This document shows, piece by piece, positions 1 to 12,310 of a stretch of DNA of 64,000 bases (its first letter is position 1; each line of letters begins with the position of its first letter). The position numbers and the translations under genes are program-made. This stretch comes from Macrostomum lignano (lineage: Eukaryota), in NCBI GenBank assembly GCA_002269645.1, contig NIVC01001256.1:248001-312000 (forward strand), in the 5' to 3' direction. The notes under the pieces were generated by a model that saw nothing but the letters and a program-made list of their open reading frames with translations, searched no databases and had not been told where the DNA came from.

Positions 1-387
1 AGCACAGCGAGAAACGAACTGCCACCACCGGTCACTCAAGCTCTCTGTCCCCTTCTGCAAGCGCTCCCCCCTTGACCCCTGGGCCGCCAAGCCGCCCCCA
101 TTCAGTCAGTCGCTTTCTGCGACAAAACCCCGCCGTGTCTGTCCGTCTGTCATCGACAGCGAAGCATCGACTAACAGAAACCAAAGCAATTTTACCATTT
201 ATCTATAGACGAGGGGTTTATCCCCTTAAACTGCACGGCCAGGACTTTCAATACCAACTTCCCGCCGAGTACTTCGGCAAGACAACTGCCGCTTCCAGTG
301 AACAGTTGAGTCGATTTCTCAATAACAGGAAAAATTTGCATTAAATCCTCATTTTCTTCCATTTATCCCAATTATTGATTCCCTTAG

Positions 388-408
388 GACAAGGCGCACT
401 GGACTCGC
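388..408 (+). other. candidate 21-nt microexon (DKAHWTR in frame 0); host gene unknown
   Basis: attcccttag|GACAAGGCGCACTGGACTCGC|gtaagt: acceptor and perfect donor flank a frame-preserving 21-nt segment. No homology recognised. Confidence 0.2.
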
Positions 409-1160
409 GTAAGTTTGCGTCCTCCGCTAGAATGCGAGCCACTCCAACGGCCGGTTGATTGCTGGATTCCCGGACACGAGCCCAGCATTAGTGGATTGGC
501 GGTGGGGGTCGCCGCAGCTCCCGGTTGCGACTCTCTCTGGCGCACTCTGAGGGACTCTGACTGTCCGCGGCTCGAGCTCTCTGTGGCAGCGCAGTCGCAA
601 ACTGGACTAAACGGCGCCCTTCCCTCTGCTCACGTGGCCGTCTCCTCCCTACTCGCCCATCTCCCCGCCCTCCCCGATGCGGCCGCCCCTCCATAATTCA
701 ATTGCCGTGTTTCTGGGCGACGGCCGGCCCTCGCCAAGCCCCCCTCCCACTACCCGCACTCTACACAAAAATGCGGGGCTAGCAACGAGATGATGCCGGG
801 GCAGCTGGGAGAAGGAGAAGAGGCGGCGGCTCGCTTTCCCATCTGCATAGAATCTGCATACGCTGCGGAGGGACTCTTCGAGGAGTCTGGGGGGGCAGTC
901 TGGGACAGCGGCGGCGGGGACTCCGCTCGCCAGCGAGCCGGGAGGTGGGAGCGCGTCCCAAGATCGATACCCCCTCAAGCGTGCTGCGGGAACATGGGAG
1001 TCGGCAGACCAAAGAGGACGCCAGAGAGATGGATGGCGGAGCACTTCTGAGCTGGCTGGGGCTGCCGCCGATTCGAGGGGAAAAGAGCAACCGGGGGAAA
1101 AATATGCGAATTCCTCTCCGGGGTCAGTGGGCTGGTGGGCTGGGAGTTCTGGATGCAAAT

Positions 1161-1590
1161 GGATTGCTAATCTATTCCATAGTAAGCAGGATTAGAATGG
1201 ATTGCTAATCTATTCCATAGTAAGAAGGATTAGAATGGATTGCTAATATATTCCATAGTAAGCAGGATTATAATGGATCGCTAATCTATTCAATACTAGC
1301 AGGATTAGAATGGATTGCTAATCTATTCCAAGTAAGCAGGATTATAATGGATCGCTAATCTATTCAATATTAGCAGAGTTAGAATGGATTGCTAATCTAT
1401 TCCATAGTAAGCAGGATTATAATGGATCGCTAATCTATTCAATACTAGCAGGATTATAATGGATTGCTAATCTATTCAATATTAGCAGAGTTAGGATGGA
1501 TTGCTAATCTATTCCATAGTAAGCAGGATTAGAATGGATTGCTAATCTATTCCATAGTAAGCAGGATTAGAATGGACTGCTAATCTATTC
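1161..1590. repeat. 38-bp minisatellite, ~11 copies
   Basis: Unit ggattgctaatctattccatagtaagcaggattagaat recurs at 1161, 1199 and onward, with minor variants. Confidence 0.95.
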
Positions 1591-2572
1591 AGTTTCGTGA
1601 ATTATAGGGCCGCCCAATCTTGAATATATTTCCAGAAGAACTTGCTGACTAATTAATCTACCAAAAGTAGCCTGCAGGGCTGCTCACTTCTGCATCAGCC
1701 GGTCAACCCGGCAGGCGGCGGGGTCAGCCAGGGAGCCAATTAGCCGCTCCCCTATTCCCCTGAGCTCGCACAGCTGAAGGGCGAAGCTGGTCCAGCCTGC
1801 CATTGTTGGGGAGATGCCCTCCTCCCAGTCTCCGATATCCGCTTCATCGGGAGGACAGGGGGGGGAGCTAGGGGGGCGGGCGGAAGCAACTGACGCCAAG
1901 AAAAAAGTTTGCGAAGAGGCTCCCTGACAGCGAGGCTTTCGCCAGCCCGGCAGAGACCGCGGGGGGGGGGAAGCCGGTCGGCCCTTCGCTGGTTGCCCGG
2001 CCGGCAACACGAGGTTTCAAGTGAAGTGGGCAGGCCAGTCCGGTGCCTCCTCTTCTCCCTCTGTCCCAGAAGAATGTGGGGGCGACTTGAGAGCGACTTT
2101 GAAGGCAGGGCAAGCAGGGGGGGGGATTCTTTGCCGTTGAAAATGCCGGACCTCTGTCCCATGCGGCCGCGGCCTTCGGGCCGGTTGCCCTCTCTCGCAC
2201 TTCGCTGTTTAGCAACAGATGCTGGTAAGGGGAACCGCAGGAGCGCCCTGTTGCTCCCTCGGCGCTCTGGGTTTTAACAACAAGAACTGACTGGGGGTGG
2301 CCGAAAAGTGCAGCACCAAGTTATTCTCGGCCGTGGGCTCCGCTGTTGGACAATGGCCAGATTAGCTGGAAGTGCCAACAGTGCATGTAATTGTGCTTTG
2401 TTTTCTGGCGCGCCTGTCAAAGCTTTGATCGGCCAGGCCCGCACAACTGTAGGGGCAGACTTTGTAGGATTTACACTAATCCGATTTCTGCAAATCCACA
2501 CTGCCAATTGGCATCGGCGCGAATGATAAATCTGGAAAGAGTACCCAGAGACAGGTGTGCGAGATGGTCTGC

Positions 2573-2890
2573 TAGCAGCTAGATAGATTAGATTAGATTA
2601 GCAATCTGCCAGCAGCTAGATAGATTAGATTAGATTAGCAATCTGCCAGCAGCTAGATAGATTAGATTAGATTAGCAATCTGCCAGCAGCTAGATAGATT
2701 AGATTAGATTAGCAATCTGCCAGCAGCTAGATAGATTAGATTAGATTAGCAATCTGCCAGCAGCTAGATAGATTAGATTAGATTAGCGATCTGTCAGCAG
2801 CTAGATAGATTAGATTAGATTAGCAATCTGCCAGCAGCTAGATAGATTAGATTAGATTAGCAATCTGCCAGCAGCTAGATAGATTAGATT
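2573..2890. repeat. 37-bp minisatellite, ~8.5 copies
   Basis: Unit cagcagctagatagattagattagattagcaatctgc with an internal (TTAGA)n. It ends ~60 nt from the KIF26 exon donor at 2951. Confidence 0.95.
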
Positions 2891-2951
2891 TCCCAGCATC
2901 CCCAGAAAAATGCAGTGCCACCCCCTTTCCTAAAAATTTCAAGAGACTCAC

Positions 2952-3045
2952 CGAGACCGCCATAGCCGAACACGAACACGCAGCCGTCTGAGCCGCTCAC
3001 TACGCCCTGGATGATTTCGGGCAGGGCGGCTGAGCAGAGCTCGGG
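2952..3045 (-). CDS. KIF26: KIF26/VAB-8 kinesin-11 exon (motor domain up to the P-loop)
   Basis: ttcag| ... |gtgagt boundaries, 94 nt. Encodes PELCSAALPEIIQGVVSGSDGCVFVFGYGGL(G), matching KIF26 [32 protein letters not shown] as I recall it. In phase with the 4910-5128 exon. Missed by the ORF track. Confidence 0.88.
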
Positions 3046-3129
3046 CTGAAACAGGGAGCAGGCGATGATGCGATTTTAAAGCTCGTTTGTTGGTTGGTTT
3101 AGCTTAATTTCGGCTAAGAAATATACCCT

Positions 3130-3555
3130 CGAATCTCTCCTGAATATCACCTGAATTTCTTCTGAATCTCCCCTGAATCTGCCCTGAATCTCTTCTGAAT
3201 CTCCCATGAATCTTTTCTGAATCTGCCCTGAATCTCCCCTGAAGCTCTCTAAATCTCTGACTAATAGAGAGAGATTCAGATCTCACCTGAATCTTACCTG
3301 AATCTCCTCTGAATCTCCCCTGAATCTCTCCTGAATATCTTCTGAATATCTCCTGAATACTTCATAAATATCTCCTGAACATCTCATGAATATCTCATAA
3401 ATATCTCCTGAACATCTCCTGAACATCTCCTGAACATCTCCTGAATCTCTCCTGAATATCTCCTGAATATCTCCTGAATATCTCATGATTCTCTCATGAA
3501 TCTCCCCTGAATCTCTCCTGAGCATCACCTGAATCTCTCCTGAACCTCTTCTGAA
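3130..3555. repeat. degenerate ~11-bp minisatellite (ctgaatctctc-like), intronic
   Basis: Repeated tgaatctc/tgaatatc units within the KIF26 intron. Confidence 0.9.
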
Positions 3556-4454
3556 GCTATCAAAAGTGCATCTGCAGACTCTCATCAGTCCAGCAATTCA
3601 TCCATAATCTTTCCTCTCTCGTCTCTAACGCTCCCGGACTCAGCTATAAATCTGAAAGTCTCCGCTCTGTCTCCACGTCATGGGCGGCGGGCACTCTTAC
3701 AGCCATCATCGGGTCCCCTGTTTCCATCGCTCCGTCTCCCTGGGCGCACACAGGCGCAGACGGGGGCGAGGAAAGCTGTAAATCAGCCGCATCAGGGGCA
3801 GCTTTATTGTCGGCCCTTTTGGCAGCGAAAAAGGGGCCAGACGGGGCTCCCCATATCGAGATTCGGCTGACGACAAAAATGTCGTTGAAATGAGAGGCGC
3901 GGTGATTAAGAGCTCGACAATAAAACCCGATCTTGCTTTAGCCAGGATTTTCTGTCTGAGCTCCGCCGCGCTCTGATTTGCATGGGGGGTGGCGGGGGAC
4001 AGAGGACTCCACTGTCTCTGATGAGGAAGAGATGCTGAGGCACGGCGGGACTCGCCCAATGCGGCTGACCCACCCGGAAACCGGCGGAACGGCACAAAGA
4101 GAACTTCGCCCCAGCTTCAAAGCTGGAGAGTGTTGGATGGCCTTGTGGGGATATTTGTATTTTTGGGGAGAATTGGGCAAAACATTTCCGCTGAATGCTG
4201 CAGCTCTCCATAGTCTACCTCTACCACCCCCGCCATTTTTTCTGGCGACTGCGAGAGCGGATTAGATGGAGAAACGGCTGGTGATGGATGGCAGTCGGCC
4301 GAAAATCGGCGGCAATTCTGAGAAAAATATGCAAAAAATGAATTTGCTCGATTTGGGGAGACACCGCCCGGTAATAAAAGTGACTCGATAATCAAAATTA
4401 ACTGATCTACTCTGCAGCTCTGGCTCAGAAATGCGCCACTCTGCAGTTACTCTG

Positions 4455-4895
4455 CATCAGCCAGCATCACCCAGCATCACCCGGAATCACCCGGATCCAC
4501 CCAGCATCACCCGGAATCACCCAGAACCACCCTGTATCATCCTGGTCGCTCTACATCACCAAGCATCACTCAGCATCACCATGAATCAACTAACATTTTC
4601 CAGCATCACCCAGCATCACCCAGCATCACCCAGAAGCCATCAATATCCCCCTGCGTCACCCAGCATCACCCCAGCATCACCCTGAATCAACCAACATTTT
4701 CCAGCATCACCCAGTCTCACTCTGCTTCGCCCTACATCACCCAGCATCACCCAGCATCACCCAGCATCACCCAGCATCACCCAGCATCTCACAGCATCAC
4801 CCAGCATCATTCAACATCACCCGGCATCATCCAGCATCACCCAGCATCACCCAGCATCACCCAGCATCACCCAGCATCATTCAACATCACCCAGA
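4455..4895. repeat. 10-bp minisatellite (ccagcatcac), intronic
   Basis: Tandem ccagcatcac with degenerate interruptions. It begins ~14 nt inside the intron after the donor at 4909. Confidence 0.92.
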
Positions 4896-4909
4896 GTCAC
4901 CGAACGCAC

Positions 4910-5128
4910 CAAGCTGCTCTCCTCTGTAAAGACGGCATCGAAGGAGAAGAGTTTCGGTGCCAGTTTGCTCTGCCCGCCTGTGGTAGAGGCGGCGGTGGTG
5001 GCGGCGGGTTGCCGGTGGTGGTGCAGAGCGGCGGGGTCGAAGACGGTCACCTGGCGCCGGCGACTGTCGGCTGACATACATGCGGCACCCCCGGTCTCCT
5101 TCGAAACTACCTTGACGATCACCTTCAT
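4910..5128 (-). CDS. KIF26: KIF26/VAB-8 kinesin-11 exon (start of motor domain)
   Basis: ttccgcag|ATG AAG GTG ... TTG|gtgcgt, 219 nt. Encodes MKVIVKV...DSRRRQVTVFDP...APKLFSFDAVFTEESSL, compared with KIF26 KVKVMLRI...DPRKKQITLYDP...PPKMFAFDAVFPQDASQ. Confidence 0.9.
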
Positions 5129-5383
5129 CTGCGGAAGTTTAGAGGTGTACAGTGATGATGCCAATTCAACGAAATTGTGTCAAAGGTTCCAGGCTCGATT
5201 TTAGGTCCAACCGCACAAAATCCTCACAGCTTGACTATGAGAAATGGGCCGCTGCACAGGGTCGCTTTCACTAGCTGAAAATATTGTATTGTTAATGACT
5301 AAACAACAATGCAGTTCAAAACTTGTGCCAAATTTCAGAAACTCAAAACTTCTTCAATGATGTGAAATTTTAATCATCTACAG

Positions 5384-5766
5384 CTTGTGAATCTTTAATC
5401 TTGTGAATCTTTAACCTTGTGAATATTCGATCTTGTGAATCTTCTGGCTTGTGAATCTTAAATCTTGTGAATCTTTTATCTTGTGAATCTTCGATCTTGT
5501 GAATCTTTAATCTTGTGAATCTTCAATCTTGTGAGTCTTCAATCTTGTGAGTCTTCAATCTTGTGAATCTTTAACCTTGTGAATATTCGATCTTGTGAAT
5601 CTTCTAGCTTGTGAATCTTAAATCTTGTGAATCTTTTATCTTGTGAATCTTTAATCTTGTGAATCTTCAATCTTGTAAATCTTCAATCTTGTGAATCTTC
5701 AATCTTGTAAATCTTCAATCTTGTGAATCTTCGATCTTGTTGAATTATCAATCTTGTGAATCTTCG
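5384..5766. repeat. 16-bp minisatellite (tcttgtgaatcttcaa), ~23 copies
   Basis: Directly visible tandem units in the KIF26 intron. Confidence 0.93.
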
Positions 5767-8252
5767 AGCTCGTGAAGATTGTGAAACCCTGCATCTGCAC
5801 CCTGCACCGAACTCTTCCCAATGCATCCGTGAACGTTTCAGATAATTCCCCCCGTCAGGGATATTCGTCTCTACGGTTTTCATTCAGCCGCCCCTCCTCA
5901 GTCCCAATTTTGACTGATGGAGGCGCCACCGGGGGACAGCGCAATCTGCGCGAGCCCCGCCTCCCCGACAGCCGTCACAGGAGAGGAAAAGCTGATTCCG
6001 TTTTTTCGTTTCAACTCCCGAAGAGTTTACAGTTTTACAGCCGGCCTGTCACCCGGGCACTGGCGGCTGGCGGCTCCCGGGTTCATCTCAGTCGAAATTC
6101 CCGTCTTAGCCGCCGGAACTGCCGGCTTGGCGACTTTGCAGGAATTTTTGCTATTTGGAAAACTTGCCAAACTGCAATCAACACCCCGAAGAAGCGGTGA
6201 AACCGCGGATGCAAATCATTTGAATCGCAGAGCCCGGCAGGAGTGATGGAGAGAGAGTGAAAGTTTAGCAAAAGGAGGCGAAAGAAAGTGGGCGAAGAAT
6301 AACCTCGGACAGACCGGCTGCCGCTAGGAGGGGACGGAGATGGAGACGGAGAGGGAGAGAGGAGAAGGCGATTGGAGAGGCATTAAGGTAGGTACAAACT
6401 TTGAGTCTTCCAGGTTGGCCCTCATAGGCGTGGTCCTCGAGGGTCCATGCCACGTGGGTGGAATCGAACCCACCAGAACCTCGCCGAGAAAGAGAGGGAA
6501 GATGATGATGAAGCTTCCCACCGCCACTGCCTGAATCGTCAGAAAAAGTGCAGCGAACTCAGCCAGCCCGATGCCTGATGCACCAAAACGGGCAGCCAAC
6601 AATGCAGCGGGGAGGCGACTGGCGCTGCCTGCACTGCCTTCAGTTCTGCCTCTCCCTCCCTTCCCGCTTCTTCTCCGCCTCGCCTCCGCGCACTTCCTGT
6701 GCGCCGCCTTCAGAAGCCGCATCCGGTGCGCGCTGGTGGGGGCCACTTGGCAGCGCTTGACTGCCAGTAGGGCCAGGTGCAAATAAAGCTGAGCTGCTTC
6801 AGTTAAATTTCTGTTAACTGCGATAAGGCAACTGCAGCAGTGCGGAGTTCACTACCTTAACTAAGGCCTAATCATTGCTTGCTAATGCTTACTCAAGCTG
6901 AGAACTATTCTTATTAATCCCTTGCGTGCCATCGCGACTCCCCGCTCCGCGGCTGCCCTCGCCTCGGGGGCGCAAATGATTGTTTCATATTCTCTTCTTT
7001 TATATTCTCTTCGCATCGAAAAGGGCTGGCCGCCAACCTCCCCCCCCCCAGCTAATCCCAGGCCGCAGCGCAGGGCAGGTTGCAGTTTTATTGAGCTGGA
7101 GAGCCGAGCTCAGCTCTCTAATTGCCCGCTCCCAGCCCCGGCTGACTGACGGGTGACGCAATAATCCCGGCCGGGTTAAAGAATTTATTGAATCCTGGCT
7201 CGAATTTATTTGGAGGCCCGAAAAAAATTCTTTTCGCTGATTGACTCCAGCTGGGAGCCGGCCAAGCGGCTGGTGACAGCCAATATGGTCCGGTCTTCAT
7301 CACTCAACTGCTCTCTTGCCGGAAGCCAAGCGGCATTGCAATGGCAGGGGGTGAGCAGTTTTTACAACTCTGAAAGCGAGACGCCAATTATGCAATAAAA
7401 ACTCGCCCTGCCTGCTGCGCCGTCAGTTGAGCATGAGTTGATCAGTTTTTAGATCCAACCGGGCCAGCGGAAAGTGCTGAGCAGTGCGTTTGAAAATTTT
7501 ACGACTTTGTTTATTGCGTCAAACTGATGCATCTCTATCTTAGCCCTGCCTCTCCATGCTCTCTCTATGCCGCAACTCGAGGCGACAGTCAACCCGCTCA
7601 CACAGGCTGTACAGGCAGCCAGCCGCTGTTATGTCAGAAGTCCTGCCCCACAGACCGCACTTGAGTCAAGTAGAGCTTGGAAACTACTTACTAGGGGCCG
7701 CGGCTGCAAGAAATAAGGCAACTCTGTCGTCCTTTAAACTAACAGGGCAGTTGACCTCTCCCCCTTACTCTACATGTCCCTATTCCCTTCTCCCCGTCTC
7801 TTCATCTTTCAACCGCCAAAGTGATTCCAGTCTCACTATTCTGTCCTGTAGAGCCACCTGGCTCAGTAGGGAATCACCACTCCATCCTCATCTGAGCCTA
7901 GTCGCAAGTTCGATTCCCTCTTCTCCCCCTGTGTTGACCGGCCCGCCCTGGGATGGGAGATTTAATTCCCATTGCGCAAACACCAGTTGGCAGCGCCCTC
8001 CTCTCCCCTTTGAGAAGCGGCAAGATGGAGCTCCACCAACACCCAGAAGCGGCGGCTCTCTTTAAAAAGGCTTTGACCAAACAAGCAGTTTTGAGGCTCC
8101 TGTGAGCGATGGGAGAGAAGGGAAAGCGATTGAGCAGCTTGTTGGGCGAAATTTAAAATTCACAAAAAGCGCGCAGAAGCCGACAGGCCCTCAAAAAAAG
8201 AGCATGAGAATCGGTTGCTGGGCGAGCAGCAAAAGCAGCAGACGGGACTCAC

Positions 8253-8478
8253 CTTCGCAGCGGAGGTGCAGCTGGCGGCCGGCTCCGGTGCAGCAGGCGG
8301 CAGCAGTGGCGGTGGCGGCGGCCCCCCGGCCGTCCTGAGCAGCTCAGCAAATCGAGTGGCGGAAGAAGCCGCGGCCCCGCAGCCGAAGCCCCGGTTTGCT
8401 GTCCGCTGCTTCCGCTGACCGCGGCCGCCGGGCATCGGCGAGGTCGGACTCTGCATCAGGCTGCTGGCTGCTGGCAGC
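8253..8478 (-). CDS. KIF26: KIF26 exon preceding the motor domain (acceptor uncertain: 8478 or 8502)
   Basis: Encodes ...ASSATRFAELLRTAGGPPPPPLLPPAAPEPAASCTSAAK|gtgagt, resembling the KIF26 pre-motor motif [22 protein letters not shown]. The phase-0 donor joins in frame to MKVIVKV. Confidence 0.7.
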
Positions 8479-8887
8479 CTGGAATTGACAGCGGCAGCGG
8501 CACTGCAGCGGGGGAAGAGGATCGGACAGGATGGGGAAGAGGAGCCGGCTGCGGGGGAGGCTGGCAGGGTGGCGGAAGACAAAAGCCGGACAGCTGGCGT
8601 CGGGCCGTCAGCATCTCCGGTTGGCGCTCCAGGGAACTGCCTGTGCCTCCAAGCCCTCCAAGTCTTTCAGACTTTCAGGTATCAAGAGGGACGGACCGGT
8701 TCGCGTTCATTCTTAGTTCGGTTTTCAGTCCCCTAATTGCTGGCTCATATTTGGCTTTTTTGATTAGCAAACAGTCGAATTTTTTTAGACTGCAGCTTGA
8801 TGTTCTTGCCTTCAGTTCAACCCGCTTTCACACAATGTCTTCGATCTTTTCATTCGTGTCCACGTTTTTGTGTGAAATCATCCTTTT

Positions 8888-10100
8888 CACTCTTTGTCTG
8901 TATTCTTGTCATTTCACTGTCTGTATTCTTGTCACTCACTGCCTGCATTCTTGTCACTCACTGTCTGTATTCTTGTCACTTCACTGTCTGTATTCTTGTC
9001 ACTCACTGTCTGTATTCTTGTCACTTCACTGTCTGTATTCTTGTCACTCACTGTCTGTATTCTTGTCACTCACTGTCTGTATTCTTGTCACTCTTTGTCT
9101 GTATTCTTGTCACTCACTGTCTGTGTTCTTGTCACTCTTTGTCTGTATTCTTGTCACTCACTGTCTGTATTCTTGTCACTTCACTGTCTGTATTCTTGTC
9201 ACTCACTGTCTGTATTCTTGTCACTCACTGTCTGTATTCTTGTCACTCATTGTCTGTATTCTTGTCACTCACTGTCTGTATTCTTGTCACTCACTGTCTG
9301 TATTCTTGTCACTCATTGTCTGTATTCTTGTCACTCACTGTCTGTATTCTTGTCACTCACTGTCTGTATTCTTGTCACTCATTGTCTGTATTCTTGTCAC
9401 TCACTGTCTGTATTCTTGTCACTCACTGTCTGTATTCTTGTCACTCTTTGTCTGTATTCTTGTCACTTCACTGTCTGTATTCTTGTCACTCACTGTCTGT
9501 ATTCTTGTCACTTCACTGTCTGTATTCTTGTCACTTCACTGTCTGTATTCTTGTCACTTCACTGTCTGTATTCTTGTCACTCATTGTATGTATTCTTGTC
9601 ACTGCACTGTCTGTATTCTTGTCACTCACTGCCTGTATTCTTGTCACTCACTGTCTGTATTCTTGTCACTCACTGTCTGTATTCTTGTCACTTCACTGTC
9701 TGTATTCTTGTCACTAGCTGTCTGTATTCTTGTCACCCACTGTCTGTATTCTTGTCACTCATTGTATGTATTCTTGTCACTTCACTGTCTGTATTCTTGT
9801 CACTCACTGTCTGTCTTCTTGTCACTCACTGTCTGTATTCTTGTCACTCACTGTCTGTATTCTTGTCACTCACTGTCTGTATTCTTGTCACTTCACTGTC
9901 TGTATTCTTGTCACTCATTGTCTGTATTCTTGTCACTCACTGTCTGTATTCTTGTCACTCATTGTCTGTATTCTTGTCACTCACTGTCTGTATTCTTGTC
10001 ACTTCACTGTCTGTATTCTTGTCACTCCCTTTCTGTATTCTTGTCACTCCCTTTCTGTATTCTTTTCACTCTCGTCCTGTATTCTTTTCACTCACTGTCT
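8888..10100. repeat. 22/23-bp minisatellite (ctgtctgtattcttgtcactca), ~55 copies
   Basis: Tandem units visible. This array generates the spurious C/L/S/V/H-rich ORFs at 8643-10555. Confidence 0.96.
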
Positions 10101-11439
10101 TCACTTTCCGAATTGCTTTCACTCGCTACCTGTATTCTGTAGGGAGACTTTCGCCATTCCCAACCCATTCCTCAATTTCCAGTCGGCATTCTATTCAAAG
10201 CGTCAACTGGGTGACAAGAGCTACTAAAAGTACATCGGGGGGCTACCGCTACTCTCAAAGTCTCAGTTCCTCATCGAAATTCGCTCCCGTCCATCCATCT
10301 CTCTTACCCGTCTTCAAGAGTTGCTTCCGGTTGGCATTCGCGGTGTCCACCGCTGCTTCTCAAACTTCTACTCTGCACTGTTCTCAGCCCACTTCGCCTC
10401 CAAAGAAGTGCGTCGGTCAAGCTGCTAACTCAAGTTATCGTGAGGAGAAGAACCTGGATATCCGACAGACAGATTGGGGAAGCAGAAGAGAACGGGGGGC
10501 AGCTGAGCGAGAGGGCTGGCCCGGTGGATTTTGCTTGCTTTGGCCTGAAGCCTGAGGAGATTATGGAGTGCGCGTATTAATCCTGCCGTACTGCCAGCCC
10601 TGATTGGCTGGCAACTCGCTGCCAACCCTCAGTGACCTCCGGGCTGACAGAGCCGTCTGCCTGGCCGGGCGGGCTGGACCTCCGCTGCTCTCCGCTCCCT
10701 AATCTCATTGCCTTATTCTCATGTCTACATCTCTCTGTCTCACTCTACCTTATTCTCATGTCTACTTCTCTGTCTCACCCTACCTTATTCTCCCGTGTCT
10801 ACATATCTGTCTCACTCTACCTTATCTCACCTATCTCACTCCATCAGTCTCTTTTATTTGCCCACTTGTGTTTTTGTTGCTCCCAAAAGTTTCTTTTTTT
10901 CTTTTCAGGTCGTGCACCAGCCCCGTCCGCGGCCTCGCGCCAGCGCAGCCATCAAATAAGATGAACGAGCGGCCGCCCTGCCAAACCGCTCGGATGGCAA
11001 AGGTGGGCGCTGACGGGGGGACAGCCGGGCCAAGCCGGGAGATGCCCGCCCAGAACAACAGCTGTCGTCTCTGCAAATGAATGGTGGAGAGCGCAGAGGC
11101 CCCCCAATCCTGGCTAGAAATAAAATCAGTTGGCGCTAAGGGACGAAGGCCGGTTATCGAGTTCGAGTAGCCATCCAGGCAGCGAGGTGCGCGGCCCGAT
11201 GGTGATTAATGGCTGAAAGTCCCTGGCGGCTTCGCTGCCCTCGCTGACCTACCGCGGCAATTCAGTCTGCCGTTTCTGCAACAGCTGCTGCTTCTTCTAG
11301 GAGAAGACTTGGATCTTTATGATCTTAGGAGAGGAGTAAAACCTACGTATTGCTGCTGGATCTAAAGGTGCTAAAGAAGTATTGCTTTAAATAGAAGGCT
11401 AGGAGCTGAGAGCGTTGAGACATAGGATATCCAGAAGCA

Positions 11440-11735
11440 GCAGAGTGTTGCCTAGAAGCAGCAGAATCTTCCTTAGAAGTTGCAGGGTGTTCCCTAAAAG
11501 CAGCAGTGTTCCCTAAAAGCAGCAGTGTTTCTTTAAAGTTGCAGAAGGTTCTCTAGAAGCAACAGAGTGTTCCCTAGAAGCAGCAGAGTGTTCCCTAGAA
11601 GCAGCAGAGTGTTCCCTAGAAGCAGCAGAGTGTTCCCTAGAAGAAACAGAGTGTTCCCTAGAAGCAGCAGAATGTTCTTCCCTAGAAGCACCAGAAGTTT
11701 CCATAGAAGCAGCAGTGTTCCCTAGAAGCAGCAGA
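11440..11735. repeat. 21-bp minisatellite (ctagaagcagcagagtgttcc)
   Basis: Homogeneous core at 11570-11660 with degenerate edges. Confidence 0.88.
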
Positions 11736-12310
11736 ACGTTACGAAGAATCAACCGAATTCATCTTAAATTTCTAAAAGCCTAATAATTTCCGCAAAGCAC
11801 TAAAACATCTCCACTCGATCGCAGCTTTCGTAATTGGAAAAAGACAGAGCGTCAAGGGCCGAAGCCGCCCCATTAGCTGGCCCGCTATACACGGCTTCGC
11901 ATGGGTTGGGATTTGGGAAGAGGACAGACGGGGACCGGCGGGCAAATTCTGCTGGCAGGCAGAGCCGGTTTCGGGGTGGAAGGAAAAAAGCAGACGGACT
12001 GGTGGCGTCGCCTTTCTGGACCCCTCCTTCGTTTCTTTGCCCCCGTGCCCACCCCTGCTCCCCCTCTCTCGCCTTCTGTCAAGAACAACTTGGCAGCAAA
12101 GTTGATCCACCAGCGCAGCGGTGCGTCTTGAGCCGCCCACCCCCACTGTATTGAATCTGCGTATCTAAAACCGTATTGAAAATCGATATTTACTAGCAGT
12201 TGAAGCTGTAGGAATTAACGCTCGTAAAAAAAACATATTAATTTCAGATCCCAGAAACTCTACTTGATTGATATTCAGATCACATGAAGTGCTGAAGATG
12301 TTTCAATTCC

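Noticed and set aside
1684-1830. Minus-strand frame LQLCELRGIGERLIGSLADPAA as a further KIF26 exon
   Set aside because: Only vague similarity to the motor core, and the intervening GKSYTM/LGIIP exon is absent, so it cannot be supported.
6455-6545. GGTTCGATTCC B-box-like motif on the minus strand suggesting a tRNA or SINE
   Set aside because: The T-stem is out of register, and I found no acceptor, D or anticodon arms and no convincing A-box.
8643-10555. Long C/L/S/V/H-rich ORFs (499, 306, 553 aa)
   Set aside because: Translations of the 22/23-bp array, open in several frames, with no domain.
10909-11080. Strong plus-strand acceptor (ttttcttttcag) followed by a short open frame
   Set aside because: No recognisable protein and no linked exon.
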